Shown: in pieces, positions 10,231-19,491 of the stretch
Numbering within the stretch: the stretch's first letter is position 1
Layout of the letters: the number at the start of each line of letters is the position of its first letter
From: an uncultured bacterium
GTDB taxonomy: Bacteria > Hydrothermota > Hydrothermia > UBA1063 > CAJXJZ01
Length of the DNA: 64,000 nt
Assembly: GCA_913055745.1 (NCBI GenBank)
Contig: CAJXJZ010000004.1
Span: forward strand, 8,957 to 72,956
Direction: 5' to 3'
Translations under genes and position numbers: made by a program
The notes under the pieces: generated by a model
The model's input: the letters and a program-made list of their open reading frames with translations, nothing else
What the model was told of the DNA's origin: nothing
Database searches by the model: none

Positions 10231-11744
10231 TTAAGGTAAACCTTCCTTCTTTGTGTTATGCAGTTATGCGCTCTATCACACGCTCTAAACACCACAGTAT
10301 ACCTTGCATCTGGCAGAGTATGATGTAATGCAGCAACCTTCCTCTCAAAATCATAATACACAGGGTACCACCTGTTATTTAAATATAAGGACATGGAATC
10401 TGGCTCTACACCCGAAAGGTCATCATCAACATAAAAGGCAATACTATCAGTGCCTCCTATATATCTTACATATGGTGAGGTTGTATCGCCTTCTAAGACA
10501 AAGGCGCCGAGTTTCAATGTCCTTGTTACATATTTTCTGCCTCCTCTACTCAATCTATATACCTGTTTTGTAGTGTCCCGAGATTTTAGATAAACATAAC
10601 CTGTCATGGAAGGAAACTCAGGGTATAAAAAAAGTGAATCTCCACTTACTCTATAAAATATGCCCTTGAGATAGGGTAAATACCTCGTATTTATCTGGGT
10701 ATAAATCCTGCTATTACCAATTATAAGCAAGGTATCCTTATCAAAACGTACAAACCTGTACCCTTTCTCTTTGGCTTTTTCATTAACATACATGCCATAG
10801 TCAGAAAAACTGTACAAAATCCCATCATATGTTCTATAAAATACATGATGACGCTTAACTTTTTTTGAAAAAATAAGGCTGTATTTTGCAGTATCACCGT
10901 AGAATGAAACAAGTACAAGTTTCATACTTCCATGCTTTTTTAATTTATACTCCCTTGTGCTTTTTTTCACTAAATAAGGGCGTATGCTATCAAAATTCGT
11001 TCTAATAAATCCTTTAAAATAACCTTCCCGTGGTTTGTATAAAAGGCCTTCGTTTCTTTGTTTGAGATAGCTGAGCGTGTCAATAGAAAGTTCAAATAAT
11101 GTATCTTTTCCCTGTAAAATCTGCATCTTTCTTACATGTCGCGCAAGAAAAAACAGTTTGAATCGCTTAGCAAAAGGAAGATAAACGCTTTTAGTTTTTA
11201 TATGCCTTACTTCATAATTCCCTGATGGTGTTTCCATAATAACACCATCCAATGCAGGTTGCAGTGGTATTTTCTCTTTTAAAGGAAATATGGGCATAAG
11301 CCACCCTATTCTCTTTTCAAAATGTAAATGAGGATAACCTACTCCACTCTCTCCCGAATATCCCAAGACTTCACCTTTTTTTACATGAATTACACTATCT
11401 TTAAAATAAATATCCTGCCTATACCTTCTTGTACCCTCCTGTGCTTTGAACACTGTATCCTCAATCGGCTTTATGAACCTATCAAGATGAGCATAAACAT
11501 AGATGCAACTATCAGGTGTCATAAGGTAAATTGCATTGCCATAACCATAATAACTCCTCTTTACTCTCACTATTTGCCCACTATCTATGGCATATACCGG
11601 AACTCCAATCCTGCCGTGAGTAGAAAAATCAATGCCCATATGATAACGAAGCGGTCTTGCCTCGCCAAAATCACTGGTAATAGTAATATTACCTGTATGG
11701 ATGGGCAATAGGGACACAAGAAAGAATAGAATACGGAAAATCAT
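10227..11744 (-). CDS. M23 family metallopeptidase (N-terminal M23 domain)
   Basis: Signal peptide, 'HMGIDF' (HxxxD), 'YAHL', 'PHLHFE'. Confidence 0.85.
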   Translation of the reverse strand: MIFRILFFLVSLLPIHTGNITITSDFGEARPLRYHMGIDFSTHGRIGVPVYAIDSGQIVRVKRSYYGYGNAIYLMTPDSCIYVYAHLDRFIKPIEDTVFKAQEGTRRYRQDIYFKDSVIHVKKGEVLGYSGESGVGYPHLHFEKRIGWLMPIFPLKEKIPLQPALDGVIMETPSGNYEVRHIKTKSVYLPFAKRFKLFFLARHVRKMQILQGKDTLFELSIDTLSYLKQRNEGLLYKPREGYFKGFIRTNFDSIRPYLVKKSTREYKLKKHGSMKLVLVSFYGDTAKYSLIFSKKVKRHHVFYRTYDGILYSFSDYGMYVNEKAKEKGYRFVRFDKDTLLIIGNSRIYTQINTRYLPYLKGIFYRVSGDSLFLYPEFPSMTGYVYLKSRDTTKQVYRLSRGGRKYVTRTLKLGAFVLEGDTTSPYVRYIGGTDSIAFYVDDDLSGVEPDSMSLYLNNRWYPVYYDFERKVAALHHTLPDARYTVVFRACDRAHNCITQRRKVYLK

Positions 11745-11757
11745 TTACGAATAAATG

Positions 11758-13062
11758 CTAAGTATCGGAGGCATCACGAAGTTTTTTTGTAAGCATTTCT
11801 AAAAACTCTCTATTATTCATAGAGAGTTTTATGTTTTGAAGTATAAATTCCATAGCAGCGACTGGGTCCATCTCAGAGAGGGTTTTTCTCAAAACCCATA
11901 CTCTGTTGAGGACGTCAGAAGGTAGCAAAAGTTCTTCTCTTCTTGTGCCAGACTTATTGAGGTCAATAGCAGGAAAGATTCTTCTGTCTGCCAAGCGCCT
12001 GTCAAGAACAATCTCACAGTTCCCTGTTCCTTTAAATTCCTCAAATATAACCTCATCCATCTTTGATCCAGTTTCAATCAAAGCGGTTGCAATAATTGTA
12101 AGAGATCCTCCTTCGACAATATTCCTTGCAGCGCCAAAAAACTTTTTGGGCTTCACAAGTGCTGTAGAATCAATACCTCCTGTGAGGGTTCTCCCACTAT
12201 GAGGCGTTATGGTGTTATAGGCCCTTGCAAGTCTCGTGATAGAATCAAGAAGTATTACAACATCCTTCCCTAATTCTGCAAGCCTCTTGGCCCTCTCAAG
12301 AACAACCTCTGCAACCTCGGTATGTCTTTCAGCGTAAAGGTCAAATGTGGAACTTATAACATCTGCGTCTATCTGCCTTTTGAAGTCTGTTACCTCTTCA
12401 GGCCTCTCATCTATTAAAAGTACTATGAGTACAACATCAGGATGATTCTGCCGAATGGCATTTGCTATATTCTGTAAAAGAACGGTTTTGCCAGCCCGAG
12501 GAGGTGATACAATAAGTGCCCTCTGTCCTTTTCCTATTGGAGCAAACAGATCCACTATACGAAGGGAATAGTCCTCCCCTCTTACCATATCTAAATCAAA
12601 CTTCTCTTCTGGATAATATGGGGTGAGTTGTTCAAAAACCTGTGTGCGACTTTCCTTCATCTCCATCCAAGGCCGTCCATTTACAAGTTCCCCCTTAACA
12701 AGGGCATAACTCTGTTCGCCTTTCGTCTTCAATGGCCTTGCAAAGCCCTGAATAAAATCTCCCATTCTAAGACCCAGTTTCTTTATCTGTGATTGGGATA
12801 CATAAACATCTTCCGAACTTGCCATGTAATTGTATTCTTTTTTGCGAATAAATCCATACCCATCGCTCTTTATGTCCAAAACACCTTCTACATACTTTAA
12901 TCCCTCTCTCTCTGCATAACTTTCCACTATTTTCAGGGCAAGGTCTTTCTTTTTTAAGCTAGAGGCATTGGGAATTTCAAGTTGTTTAGCAATTTCATAG
13001 AGTTCAACAACCTTTTTATTCATTATGTCCTGTATGTTTATATCCACACTGTTTACATCCAT
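11758..13062 (-). CDS. rho: Transcription termination factor Rho
   Basis: 'PIGKGQR', 'PPRAGKT', 'LLIDERPEEVTD', 'DSITRLARAYN', 'EEFKGTGN', 'SGTRREELL'. Confidence 0.98.
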   Translation of the reverse strand: MDVNSVDINIQDIMNKKVVELYEIAKQLEIPNASSLKKKDLALKIVESYAEREGLKYVEGVLDIKSDGYGFIRKKEYNYMASSEDVYVSQSQIKKLGLRMGDFIQGFARPLKTKGEQSYALVKGELVNGRPWMEMKESRTQVFEQLTPYYPEEKFDLDMVRGEDYSLRIVDLFAPIGKGQRALIVSPPRAGKTVLLQNIANAIRQNHPDVVLIVLLIDERPEEVTDFKRQIDADVISSTFDLYAERHTEVAEVVLERAKRLAELGKDVVILLDSITRLARAYNTITPHSGRTLTGGIDSTALVKPKKFFGAARNIVEGGSLTIIATALIETGSKMDEVIFEEFKGTGNCEIVLDRRLADRRIFPAIDLNKSGTRREELLLPSDVLNRVWVLRKTLSEMDPVAAMEFILQNIKLSMNNREFLEMLTKKLRDASDT

Positions 13063-13072
13063 AACAGCCCTC

Positions 13073-13747
13073 CTACATCATCTTTGTATCATTTATAAAA
13101 AGTTCAAATTTTGCGTTAAGGAACCTTGCAGATTTTGATGCAATCAACATTCTCTGTAAAAATATTCTAAAATAATCCACCACTGGAGCAATTTTTGTAT
13201 CCACCTCTATCTTGTATCTCACAATTTTTTTTGTTGCATCAACCTCAATAAAAGACTTCGTCGCTGAATAATTTACCCTATCGTGTATATCCTTCTGAAG
13301 ATTGTCTAAATTGACGGTTCCCTTTCTCACCCTTGATCTATGAACATCTGCTTTATCTGCCAAGATTAGCGCTGCCGAAAGTACGGACACAGGATAACCA
13401 TCTTCCTCATGGTGATTGCCTATTGCCATCATAACATCTGCCACTTCATCAAGGTCAAATCCCTCTTCTTCAAGTATATTGCCGGCCAAAACAGCCCCTA
13501 CTTGTGCGTGATGCTCCCTATTTATTAAGTTTCCTATATCATGCAAAAATCCTGCTATCTTTCCAAGTTCAACGATGCGACTGTCATATCCAAGTTCACG
13601 GAGTATATATCCTGTATTTTTGGACACCCATGTGGCATGCCTTATCCCATGCTCAGTATATCCAAGGCCTGCAAGTTGTTCATCCGCCTTTCTTATAAAG
13701 AGTTCTACCTTAGGGTTTTCCCTTAAGTCTTCCAACGTTTTTTTCAT
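13073..13747 (-). CDS. HD-domain metal-dependent phosphohydrolase
   Basis: 'TEHGIRHA', 'LHDIG', 'GNHHE', 'LADKAD'. Confidence 0.88.
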   Translation of the reverse strand: MKKTLEDLRENPKVELFIRKADEQLAGLGYTEHGIRHATWVSKNTGYILRELGYDSRIVELGKIAGFLHDIGNLINREHHAQVGAVLAGNILEEEGFDLDEVADVMMAIGNHHEEDGYPVSVLSAALILADKADVHRSRVRKGTVNLDNLQKDIHDRVNYSATKSFIEVDATKKIVRYKIEVDTKIAPVVDYFRIFLQRMLIASKSARFLNAKFELFINDTKMM

Positions 13748-13755
13748 ATTACCTC

Positions 13756-14466
13756 CTATACAAACAGTTTTCCCTTTTCTATCTGTGTACCTACAACAAC
13801 ATGCATGGCACCATTTTCAAGGGCCTTCTCTATATCACTTATTTTTTTAAATCCTCCACCTACAATGACAGGGATATTGACATATTCTGAAGTTAGTTTT
13901 ATGGCCTCAAAAGGCACATGAAAATCTGCACCAGACCCTGCTTCAAGATAAATAAGATCAAAACCAAATAGCTCTCCCACCTTGGCGTGGGCAGCAACAA
14001 GATCGGGTTTATCCCTTGGAATAGGTTTTGTATTTGACATAAATTCTACAGATGTAATTTTTCCACCATCAATCAATATATAACCCGTTGCTATGGCTTC
14101 AATGCCACTTTCTGTTATAAAAGGTACCATTTTTAGTTGCTCTTCTATTAAAAATTGTGGATTCCTTCCAGAGAGTAAAGACATATAAAGCATTGCGTCT
14201 GCATACCTTGAAAGTTGCGCATGATCAGATGGGAACATTACAACAGGCAAGTCTGTATGCTCTTTTATTGCTTTAACATAATCATCAATACCAAAGGTCA
14301 TCTGAAAACTCGTGCCTATAAAATAGCCTTTGATAAAATCATTTTTATTGAGTTTCTCCATCTTTTTTATTGCTTCCTCCTTAGGGGTCCTATCTGGGTC
14401 AAAAAGTACTATTACACCACTTTTACCTTTTCTAAATAAATTCTCGTAAACACTCTTTTGCTGCAT
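13756..14466 (-). CDS. Geranylgeranylglyceryl/heptaprenylglyceryl phosphate synthase (GGGPS/PcrB family, group II-like)
   Basis: 'LFDPD', 'MFPS', 'SLLSGRNPQFL', 'TGYILIDGG', 'YLEAGSGA', 'VGGG', 'VVVGT'. ATG at 14466 has an AAGGA RBS (ORF track starts at 14484). Confidence 0.92.
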   Translation of the reverse strand: MQQKSVYENLFRKGKSGVIVLFDPDRTPKEEAIKKMEKLNKNDFIKGYFIGTSFQMTFGIDDYVKAIKEHTDLPVVMFPSDHAQLSRYADAMLYMSLLSGRNPQFLIEEQLKMVPFITESGIEAIATGYILIDGGKITSVEFMSNTKPIPRDKPDLVAAHAKVGELFGFDLIYLEAGSGADFHVPFEAIKLTSEYVNIPVIVGGGFKKISDIEKALENGAMHVVVGTQIEKGKLFV

Positions 14467-15652
14467 AAAGTCCTTTCTTTCCAAACTTAAATAAAAACGC
14501 AGGGTCTTTTCTTAATATTCTAAATAGCATACTCATTGGTTTAAGAGGAGGAGTTATCTCAATATGACCAATAGCATCTTTTAAAGAATACATAAAACTC
14601 TCAAGTTCCTTCTTTTCTAAAGCATTATAAAATATCTTGGCACAAAGTGTTATCATATAATCAGAAAAAATCCATTTCTTTAACTTTTTTTCATATAACC
14701 TAAGTGCTTTTCTTGAATAATCTCCCATCTTTTTAGCAAAACTCGCCACTTCACTTGCCGCGATACCAGATATATATGCATTGGCGATTCCCCCACCTGT
14801 AAGAGGGTCTGCAAGTCTTGCAGCATCTCCAAGTATTAAGACATTATTGTCGTATATTTTCCTTTTATGAAACTTTGTAGGGACAACGCCATAAGTCTCA
14901 CCTAATATTTTATAGGTACTGCAGTGTTTTTTCAAGAAGTTCTTTAAATAGGTGTCAAGTCCATCCCTGGTTCCAGGGATACCTACTCCAACATTGGCAA
15001 ACCCACCACCTTTGGGGAAAATCCAGGCATACCCATTGGGTGCTATAGCATCTCCTATACCAAAATATAGATAATTATCTTTGATTTCATCACAGTATGC
15101 ATAAACCTGCACTGTGAAGTAGTCATCCTCTTTGTCATAAGGGGTAAAAAGACCCAAAGACTTTGAAACAGATGATGCAGGGCCATCTGCACCTATAAGA
15201 AGAGGCGCAGATAAAACAATATCTTCACCATGAGACCTTAAATAGACTTTAACCAAGCCTTTTTCCCTTTCTGCCTTTATAAATTTGGTATTTATCAGTA
15301 TATCGCTACCTGCCTTTATGGCAAGTTCTGCAAGGTATCTATCAAATATCTTTCGCTCAAGGATTGCCCCTCCAGGCTCATTTAGAGTAATCTCTATTAT
15401 CTTTTTACCATTATAGGTAAGTATTCCCCCATATACATACCTGGCAACAAAATTCCTTGAGTGGCCTTTATCTTTTATTAGTTTTAAAAACTCCGATGAT
15501 ACACCTTCTGCACATAAAATAGTATGACCTATCTCCCTTTGTTTTTCAACGAGTAAAACGCGAAGACCGCTGCGGGAAGCGTGAAAGGCAAAAGAACTTC
15601 CCGCAGGGCCTGCACCTATTACAATAGCATCATATTTATTCTTTAAACTCAT
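14432..15652 (-). CDS. Geranylgeranyl reductase family flavoprotein (DGGGPL reductase-like)
   Basis: 'IGAGPAGS', 'CAEGVS', 'RKIFDRYLA', 'GADG', 'GYAWIFPKG', 'GDAARLADPLTGGGI'. Confidence 0.9.
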   Translation of the reverse strand: MSLKNKYDAIVIGAGPAGSSFAFHASRSGLRVLLVEKQREIGHTILCAEGVSSEFLKLIKDKGHSRNFVARYVYGGILTYNGKKIIEITLNEPGGAILERKIFDRYLAELAIKAGSDILINTKFIKAEREKGLVKVYLRSHGEDIVLSAPLLIGADGPASSVSKSLGLFTPYDKEDDYFTVQVYAYCDEIKDNYLYFGIGDAIAPNGYAWIFPKGGGFANVGVGIPGTRDGLDTYLKNFLKKHCSTYKILGETYGVVPTKFHKRKIYDNNVLILGDAARLADPLTGGGIANAYISGIAASEVASFAKKMGDYSRKALRLYEKKLKKWIFSDYMITLCAKIFYNALEKKELESFMYSLKDAIGHIEITPPLKPMSMLFRILRKDPAFLFKFGKKGLYAAKECLREFI

Positions 15653-16623
15653 CTATAAATGATTCTGTACATTGCCTGCTTACCTTCCAAACGCCCTTCT
15701 AAGATATACACCCCTCTGTGAGGTAGAGTTAACATATCTCTTATACCTTTTAAAATGCAACTACCATCAATACCATAAAGTCTTGCACCTTTTATGCCAT
15801 TTAAAACGACACGAGGAGAGTGGGTGATAATTACCCTTTGTATGCTATTTGCAGGATAAAAACTTCTATGTTCTTTTATATCCTCTGCACTGAGCAATCT
15901 TATGGTATGGTAATGCCATCCAGTTTCTCCATAGCCCTGTGTGGTATCCACACTAACCGTACTGTCGTATATCATTCCCAATTGAGGCACAAATTCCTCA
16001 TACTCAAAGCCCCATGTTATAAGAACTATACCACTGGATAAATTTATTTGTACACGTGACTTGCGACGGATCTCAAATGCATTGTATGTGTCCGCGGGTA
16101 CAGTAAAACTTCCTTGAGATACTACATAGGCAGTGTCATGGGATATAATCATTGTATCATCAATATTATCCTGATCCATATCACCTATGGAATATGTGCC
16201 ACCTACGCCCATATCCCATTCATCACCTACATTTAGCGGTGTTATATACATTTTATAGGCTGTATCAACAATGTTCACACCCCCATAACTCTTATGCACT
16301 TTTAACCATACTTCATTCCCATTTTCATATAGTGTATCAATCGAAATTGAATCACTATCACCTTGCGTTTGCTGTATATAAGAGTACCTCTCATAAGCAT
16401 CATGTCCATTGAGTGTAAAAAAGGATGATATGGCAACGCTATCGTATGTGATGGTATCAACTGTAACCTGCCATGATGGATAACTAAAGGTAGAATCCTT
16501 ACTCATCCCTTCATATATCCACTTTGACATGGTAGTTAGCCCTACATAATCTCCTGCCGCACCTGCAAAAAGCGGCGCTACTATTATACCAAGCAATACA
16601 CTTATACGAACAAAACGTCTCAT
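15649..16623 (-). CDS. Secreted hypothetical protein with short T9SS-like C-terminal domain
   Basis: Signal peptide, 'TVPADTYNAF' strand, C-terminal 'LYGIDG...RGVYIL'; GGAGG RBS. Confidence 0.7.
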   Translation of the reverse strand: MRRFVRISVLLGIIVAPLFAGAAGDYVGLTTMSKWIYEGMSKDSTFSYPSWQVTVDTITYDSVAISSFFTLNGHDAYERYSYIQQTQGDSDSISIDTLYENGNEVWLKVHKSYGGVNIVDTAYKMYITPLNVGDEWDMGVGGTYSIGDMDQDNIDDTMIISHDTAYVVSQGSFTVPADTYNAFEIRRKSRVQINLSSGIVLITWGFEYEEFVPQLGMIYDSTVSVDTTQGYGETGWHYHTIRLLSAEDIKEHRSFYPANSIQRVIITHSPRVVLNGIKGARLYGIDGSCILKGIRDMLTLPHRGVYILEGRLEGKQAMYRIIYR

Positions 16624-16648
16624 AAAAACCTCCTTTTTGTCATCTTAT

Positions 16649-16677
16649 ATAATAACAAGACCTTACAGCATAGTCAA
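16649..16677 (-). promoter_or_regulatory. Sigma70-type promoter of the secreted protein-GGR-GGGPS-HD-rho operon
   Basis: TTGACT-17nt-TATTAT with an extended -10 TG on the minus strand. Confidence 0.6.
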
Positions 16678-16678
16678 G

Positions 16679-17659
16679 TTAAATCCGGTCTAAATAATCT
16701 TCAAGACGCTGCATGTCATCTGGGAGTTCTGCCTCAAAACTAACCCTTCTTCCAAGACCAGGATGGAAAAAGGTGAGTTTTGCTGCATGTAATGCCTGCC
16801 TATCAATAATATTCAATATATCTACAATATGCGACTTGTATTTTGGGGGGACAATGTGTAGTATTTTTCTTGGCTCCCGTCCTGAATATGTATCATCCCC
16901 GATTATTGGATATCCCATATGCTCCATATGTACCCTTATCTGATGCGTTCTCCCTGTTTCAAGTTTTATCTCAAGTTTTGTAGCAAGGTCTCCATACCTT
17001 TTAATCACCTTAAAATGTGTAATGGCATTGCGGGAATGGAAAAAAGTCACAGCCATCTTCGTCCTTTCAACAGGATGTCTTCCAATGGGCGCATCCACTA
17101 TACCTTCATCTACAGGAACATTACCCCACACAAAGGCCATATAGGTTCTTTTGGCGGTTTTATCCTCCAACTGCCTGCTAATACTTAACAGTGCCCTCTC
17201 TGATTTTGCCACAACAATAAGTCCTGTTGTATCCTTATCAAGTCTATGAACAATACCAGGCCTTTGTTTTTGCTCACTGGTCGGTAATTTCTTGTATCTT
17301 GCCAATAAAATGTTTACAAGAGTACCCGCTAAATTGCCCTTTGCAGGGTGCACAACAAGGCCTTTTGGTTTGTCTATTACAATAACATCCTCATCCTCAT
17401 AAACAACAGAAAGGGGCAGGTCCTGCGCAATAAGTTTAATAGGTTCATAGATGGCAAATTCAGCGTAAATATGGTCCCCTTCCTTAACCTTATACCCCGG
17501 CTTTGACCTTTTGCCATTAACAAGAACCCCTCCTTCCTTGATTAATTTTTCTGTACGGGAACGGGAAAGCCCTATTCCTCCAGTTAAAAGATATACATCA
17601 AGACGGGTATTCTCCATTTTTTTAGAAACTACCCTCTCAAAAATCTTCTTCTTCATCAC
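16679..17659 (-). CDS. rluD: RluA/RluD family 23S rRNA pseudouridine synthase
   Basis: S4 domain 'RLD...SRS', 'KPKGLVVHP', 'HRLDKDTTG', 'TGRTHQIRVH', 'QALHA'. Confidence 0.92.
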   Translation of the reverse strand: MMKKKIFERVVSKKMENTRLDVYLLTGGIGLSRSRTEKLIKEGGVLVNGKRSKPGYKVKEGDHIYAEFAIYEPIKLIAQDLPLSVVYEDEDVIVIDKPKGLVVHPAKGNLAGTLVNILLARYKKLPTSEQKQRPGIVHRLDKDTTGLIVVAKSERALLSISRQLEDKTAKRTYMAFVWGNVPVDEGIVDAPIGRHPVERTKMAVTFFHSRNAITHFKVIKRYGDLATKLEIKLETGRTHQIRVHMEHMGYPIIGDDTYSGREPRKILHIVPPKYKSHIVDILNIIDRQALHAAKLTFFHPGLGRRVSFEAELPDDMQRLEDYLDRI

Positions 17660-18632
17660 CCTGCAATGGGATTGGATTAAAAAACCTTATATTATCCAGA
17701 CTCCTTATTGCATCTGTCCACGCATTTTTATGCTTTTGAGCCTCTTTTAACTTATCAAATACACTCCACATCCTCGCATCAATAAGATCTGCATAATGTA
17801 ATACAAGGGCTTCAGGTGTCATAGGCACAACAGGAGAGCCCCACTCCAGTTTTCCATGATGTGAGAGGATCATATGTAAAATGCCAAGTTCGGTAACCTT
17901 AGGAATGGTCCCGCCCGGAAGCGACCTTAGATTATCTATTTTGGATTTAACCATATTATAGCCCAATGCTATATGCCCAAGCAACCTACCCTCATATGTT
18001 CGCTCACGAGGAAATACCTTATATTCAAAGACCTTCCCCACATCGTGTAAAAGCGCACCTGTAATTAAAAGGTCTCTATTTATGTCTTCATACTCCCTTG
18101 AAAGTACTTCGCATATATTGGCGACCTTTAATGTGTGCTCTAAGAGACCTCCAACATAGTTTTGATGATAAAATAAAGCAGCGGGTGCCTTTTTAAACCT
18201 TTCTGCAAAATCCTTATCATCTACAAAGATATACTTAAGCAGGGTGGACATATGCTTATCTTTTACCTTCTTTATAAATGTTAGCATCTCGTTCCACATC
18301 TTTTCAATATCCCTTTCTGTTCGAGGAAGATAATCATATATATCCTCATCACCCATCTCAGAAAATCCAGAAGATTCAAGCACAATCCTTCTTTCTCCAT
18401 TATATGTCCCAAGCGTGCCCTTTATCCTGTATATGCTACCAATATTAAGGTCATTATCAACGGATTCAGCATCATCGAAAACAATACCCTTTATTATACC
18501 CGATGCATCACCCAATTCCATCTCAAGACGAAGTCCCTGCGTTCTTTGAGACTTTTTAAGGTCCTTTCTTAAAAGTAAAACCTTAAGTTCCACTTCCTGA
18601 TTGTCTTTTAAGCCTAAAATATCTTTGATCAT
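17637..18632 (-). CDS. yhaM: YhaM-like 3'-5' exoribonuclease (OB-fold + HD)
   Basis: N-terminal OB-fold, 'PAA..HQ..GGLLEHT', 'LLHDVGK', 'SHHGKLEWGSP', 'HYAD'. Confidence 0.85.
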   Translation of the reverse strand: MIKDILGLKDNQEVELKVLLLRKDLKKSQRTQGLRLEMELGDASGIIKGIVFDDAESVDNDLNIGSIYRIKGTLGTYNGERRIVLESSGFSEMGDEDIYDYLPRTERDIEKMWNEMLTFIKKVKDKHMSTLLKYIFVDDKDFAERFKKAPAALFYHQNYVGGLLEHTLKVANICEVLSREYEDINRDLLITGALLHDVGKVFEYKVFPRERTYEGRLLGHIALGYNMVKSKIDNLRSLPGGTIPKVTELGILHMILSHHGKLEWGSPVVPMTPEALVLHYADLIDARMWSVFDKLKEAQKHKNAWTDAIRSLDNIRFFNPIPLQGDEEEDF

Positions 18633-19480
18633 CCTGCTATTACCTCCACCAAAGGAATCTTCAAATCAGAAGGGGTAAAATACTCCTCTTCTATTTTTAA
18701 TCTTGCCGGGTCAACAGGAACCCTTTTCAAGACCTCACGCCTTAATACCCTTACCCTTTCCGAAAGCATTCCTCCTGCATCTCCCTTTACCCTTATGATC
18801 ATAACTCCAAAGAAATGCTCCTTTAAGAAGTTAGATATTTCGTCAATCCGCTCTCTGCCATCTTTTCTTAGTTTATAAGAATTCTTTAAAAAAATAGAAT
18901 CAGCAACCATTTTGAGAATAAACTTATCCTTAATCTTTCCCTTAATGCCAGGAACCTTAATATCACCTCCTATGATCCTCCTTTTGCGTCCGTATCTATC
19001 TATGTAGTTGAGTACAGAAGAGTAGGTTGCACCAGGTGTGAGATACTCATCAGCATACCTACCATCCCACTTCACTGTCTTAGGTGGAATCCCCTTACCT
19101 TGAAACTGTTTTACAACCTCGCCCCTCGGACCAAAAATTGTAAGACTCCACGCTTTAACCCCATATTTTTTAGGTGGCATAGGCACTTTTACAATAACAA
19201 CTGAACTCGCCATACTCTTTGATACAGGAACCCTCAAATACAGAGGCCTAAATTTAATAGAGTTTTTATAATACAAATCGCTTAGATTAGAAATCTGAAT
19301 ACTTAATCTCCTCTCCAATATACCTGTTAATGAATCCAATGGGAAAAATGGTGAAGGTAAAAGTATGCCACCTGGCTTTTTATAGTCCTCTATCTTGTAC
19401 ATGGCTTTTTCTTGAACCACCTCTTTTTTATTAATTCCATTTCCTTGTGCAAAGGTTATAAAAACCATCAGTTTCCACAT
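18629..19480 (-). CDS. Exported protein with FlgD-like Ig domain and degenerate OmpA-like C-terminal domain
   Basis: ATG 19480 with GGAGG RBS; 'WSLTI...VKQFQGKG.PP..VKWDG'; 'SIFLKNSYKL...RIDEISNFLK'. Confidence 0.65.
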   Translation of the reverse strand: MWKLMVFITFAQGNGINKKEVVQEKAMYKIEDYKKPGGILLPSPFFPLDSLTGILERRLSIQISNLSDLYYKNSIKFRPLYLRVPVSKSMASSVVIVKVPMPPKKYGVKAWSLTIFGPRGEVVKQFQGKGIPPKTVKWDGRYADEYLTPGATYSSVLNYIDRYGRKRRIIGGDIKVPGIKGKIKDKFILKMVADSIFLKNSYKLRKDGRERIDEISNFLKEHFFGVMIIRVKGDAGGMLSERVRVLRREVLKRVPVDPARLKIEEEYFTPSDLKIPLVEVIAG

Positions 19481-19491
19481 ACTCACCTCCT

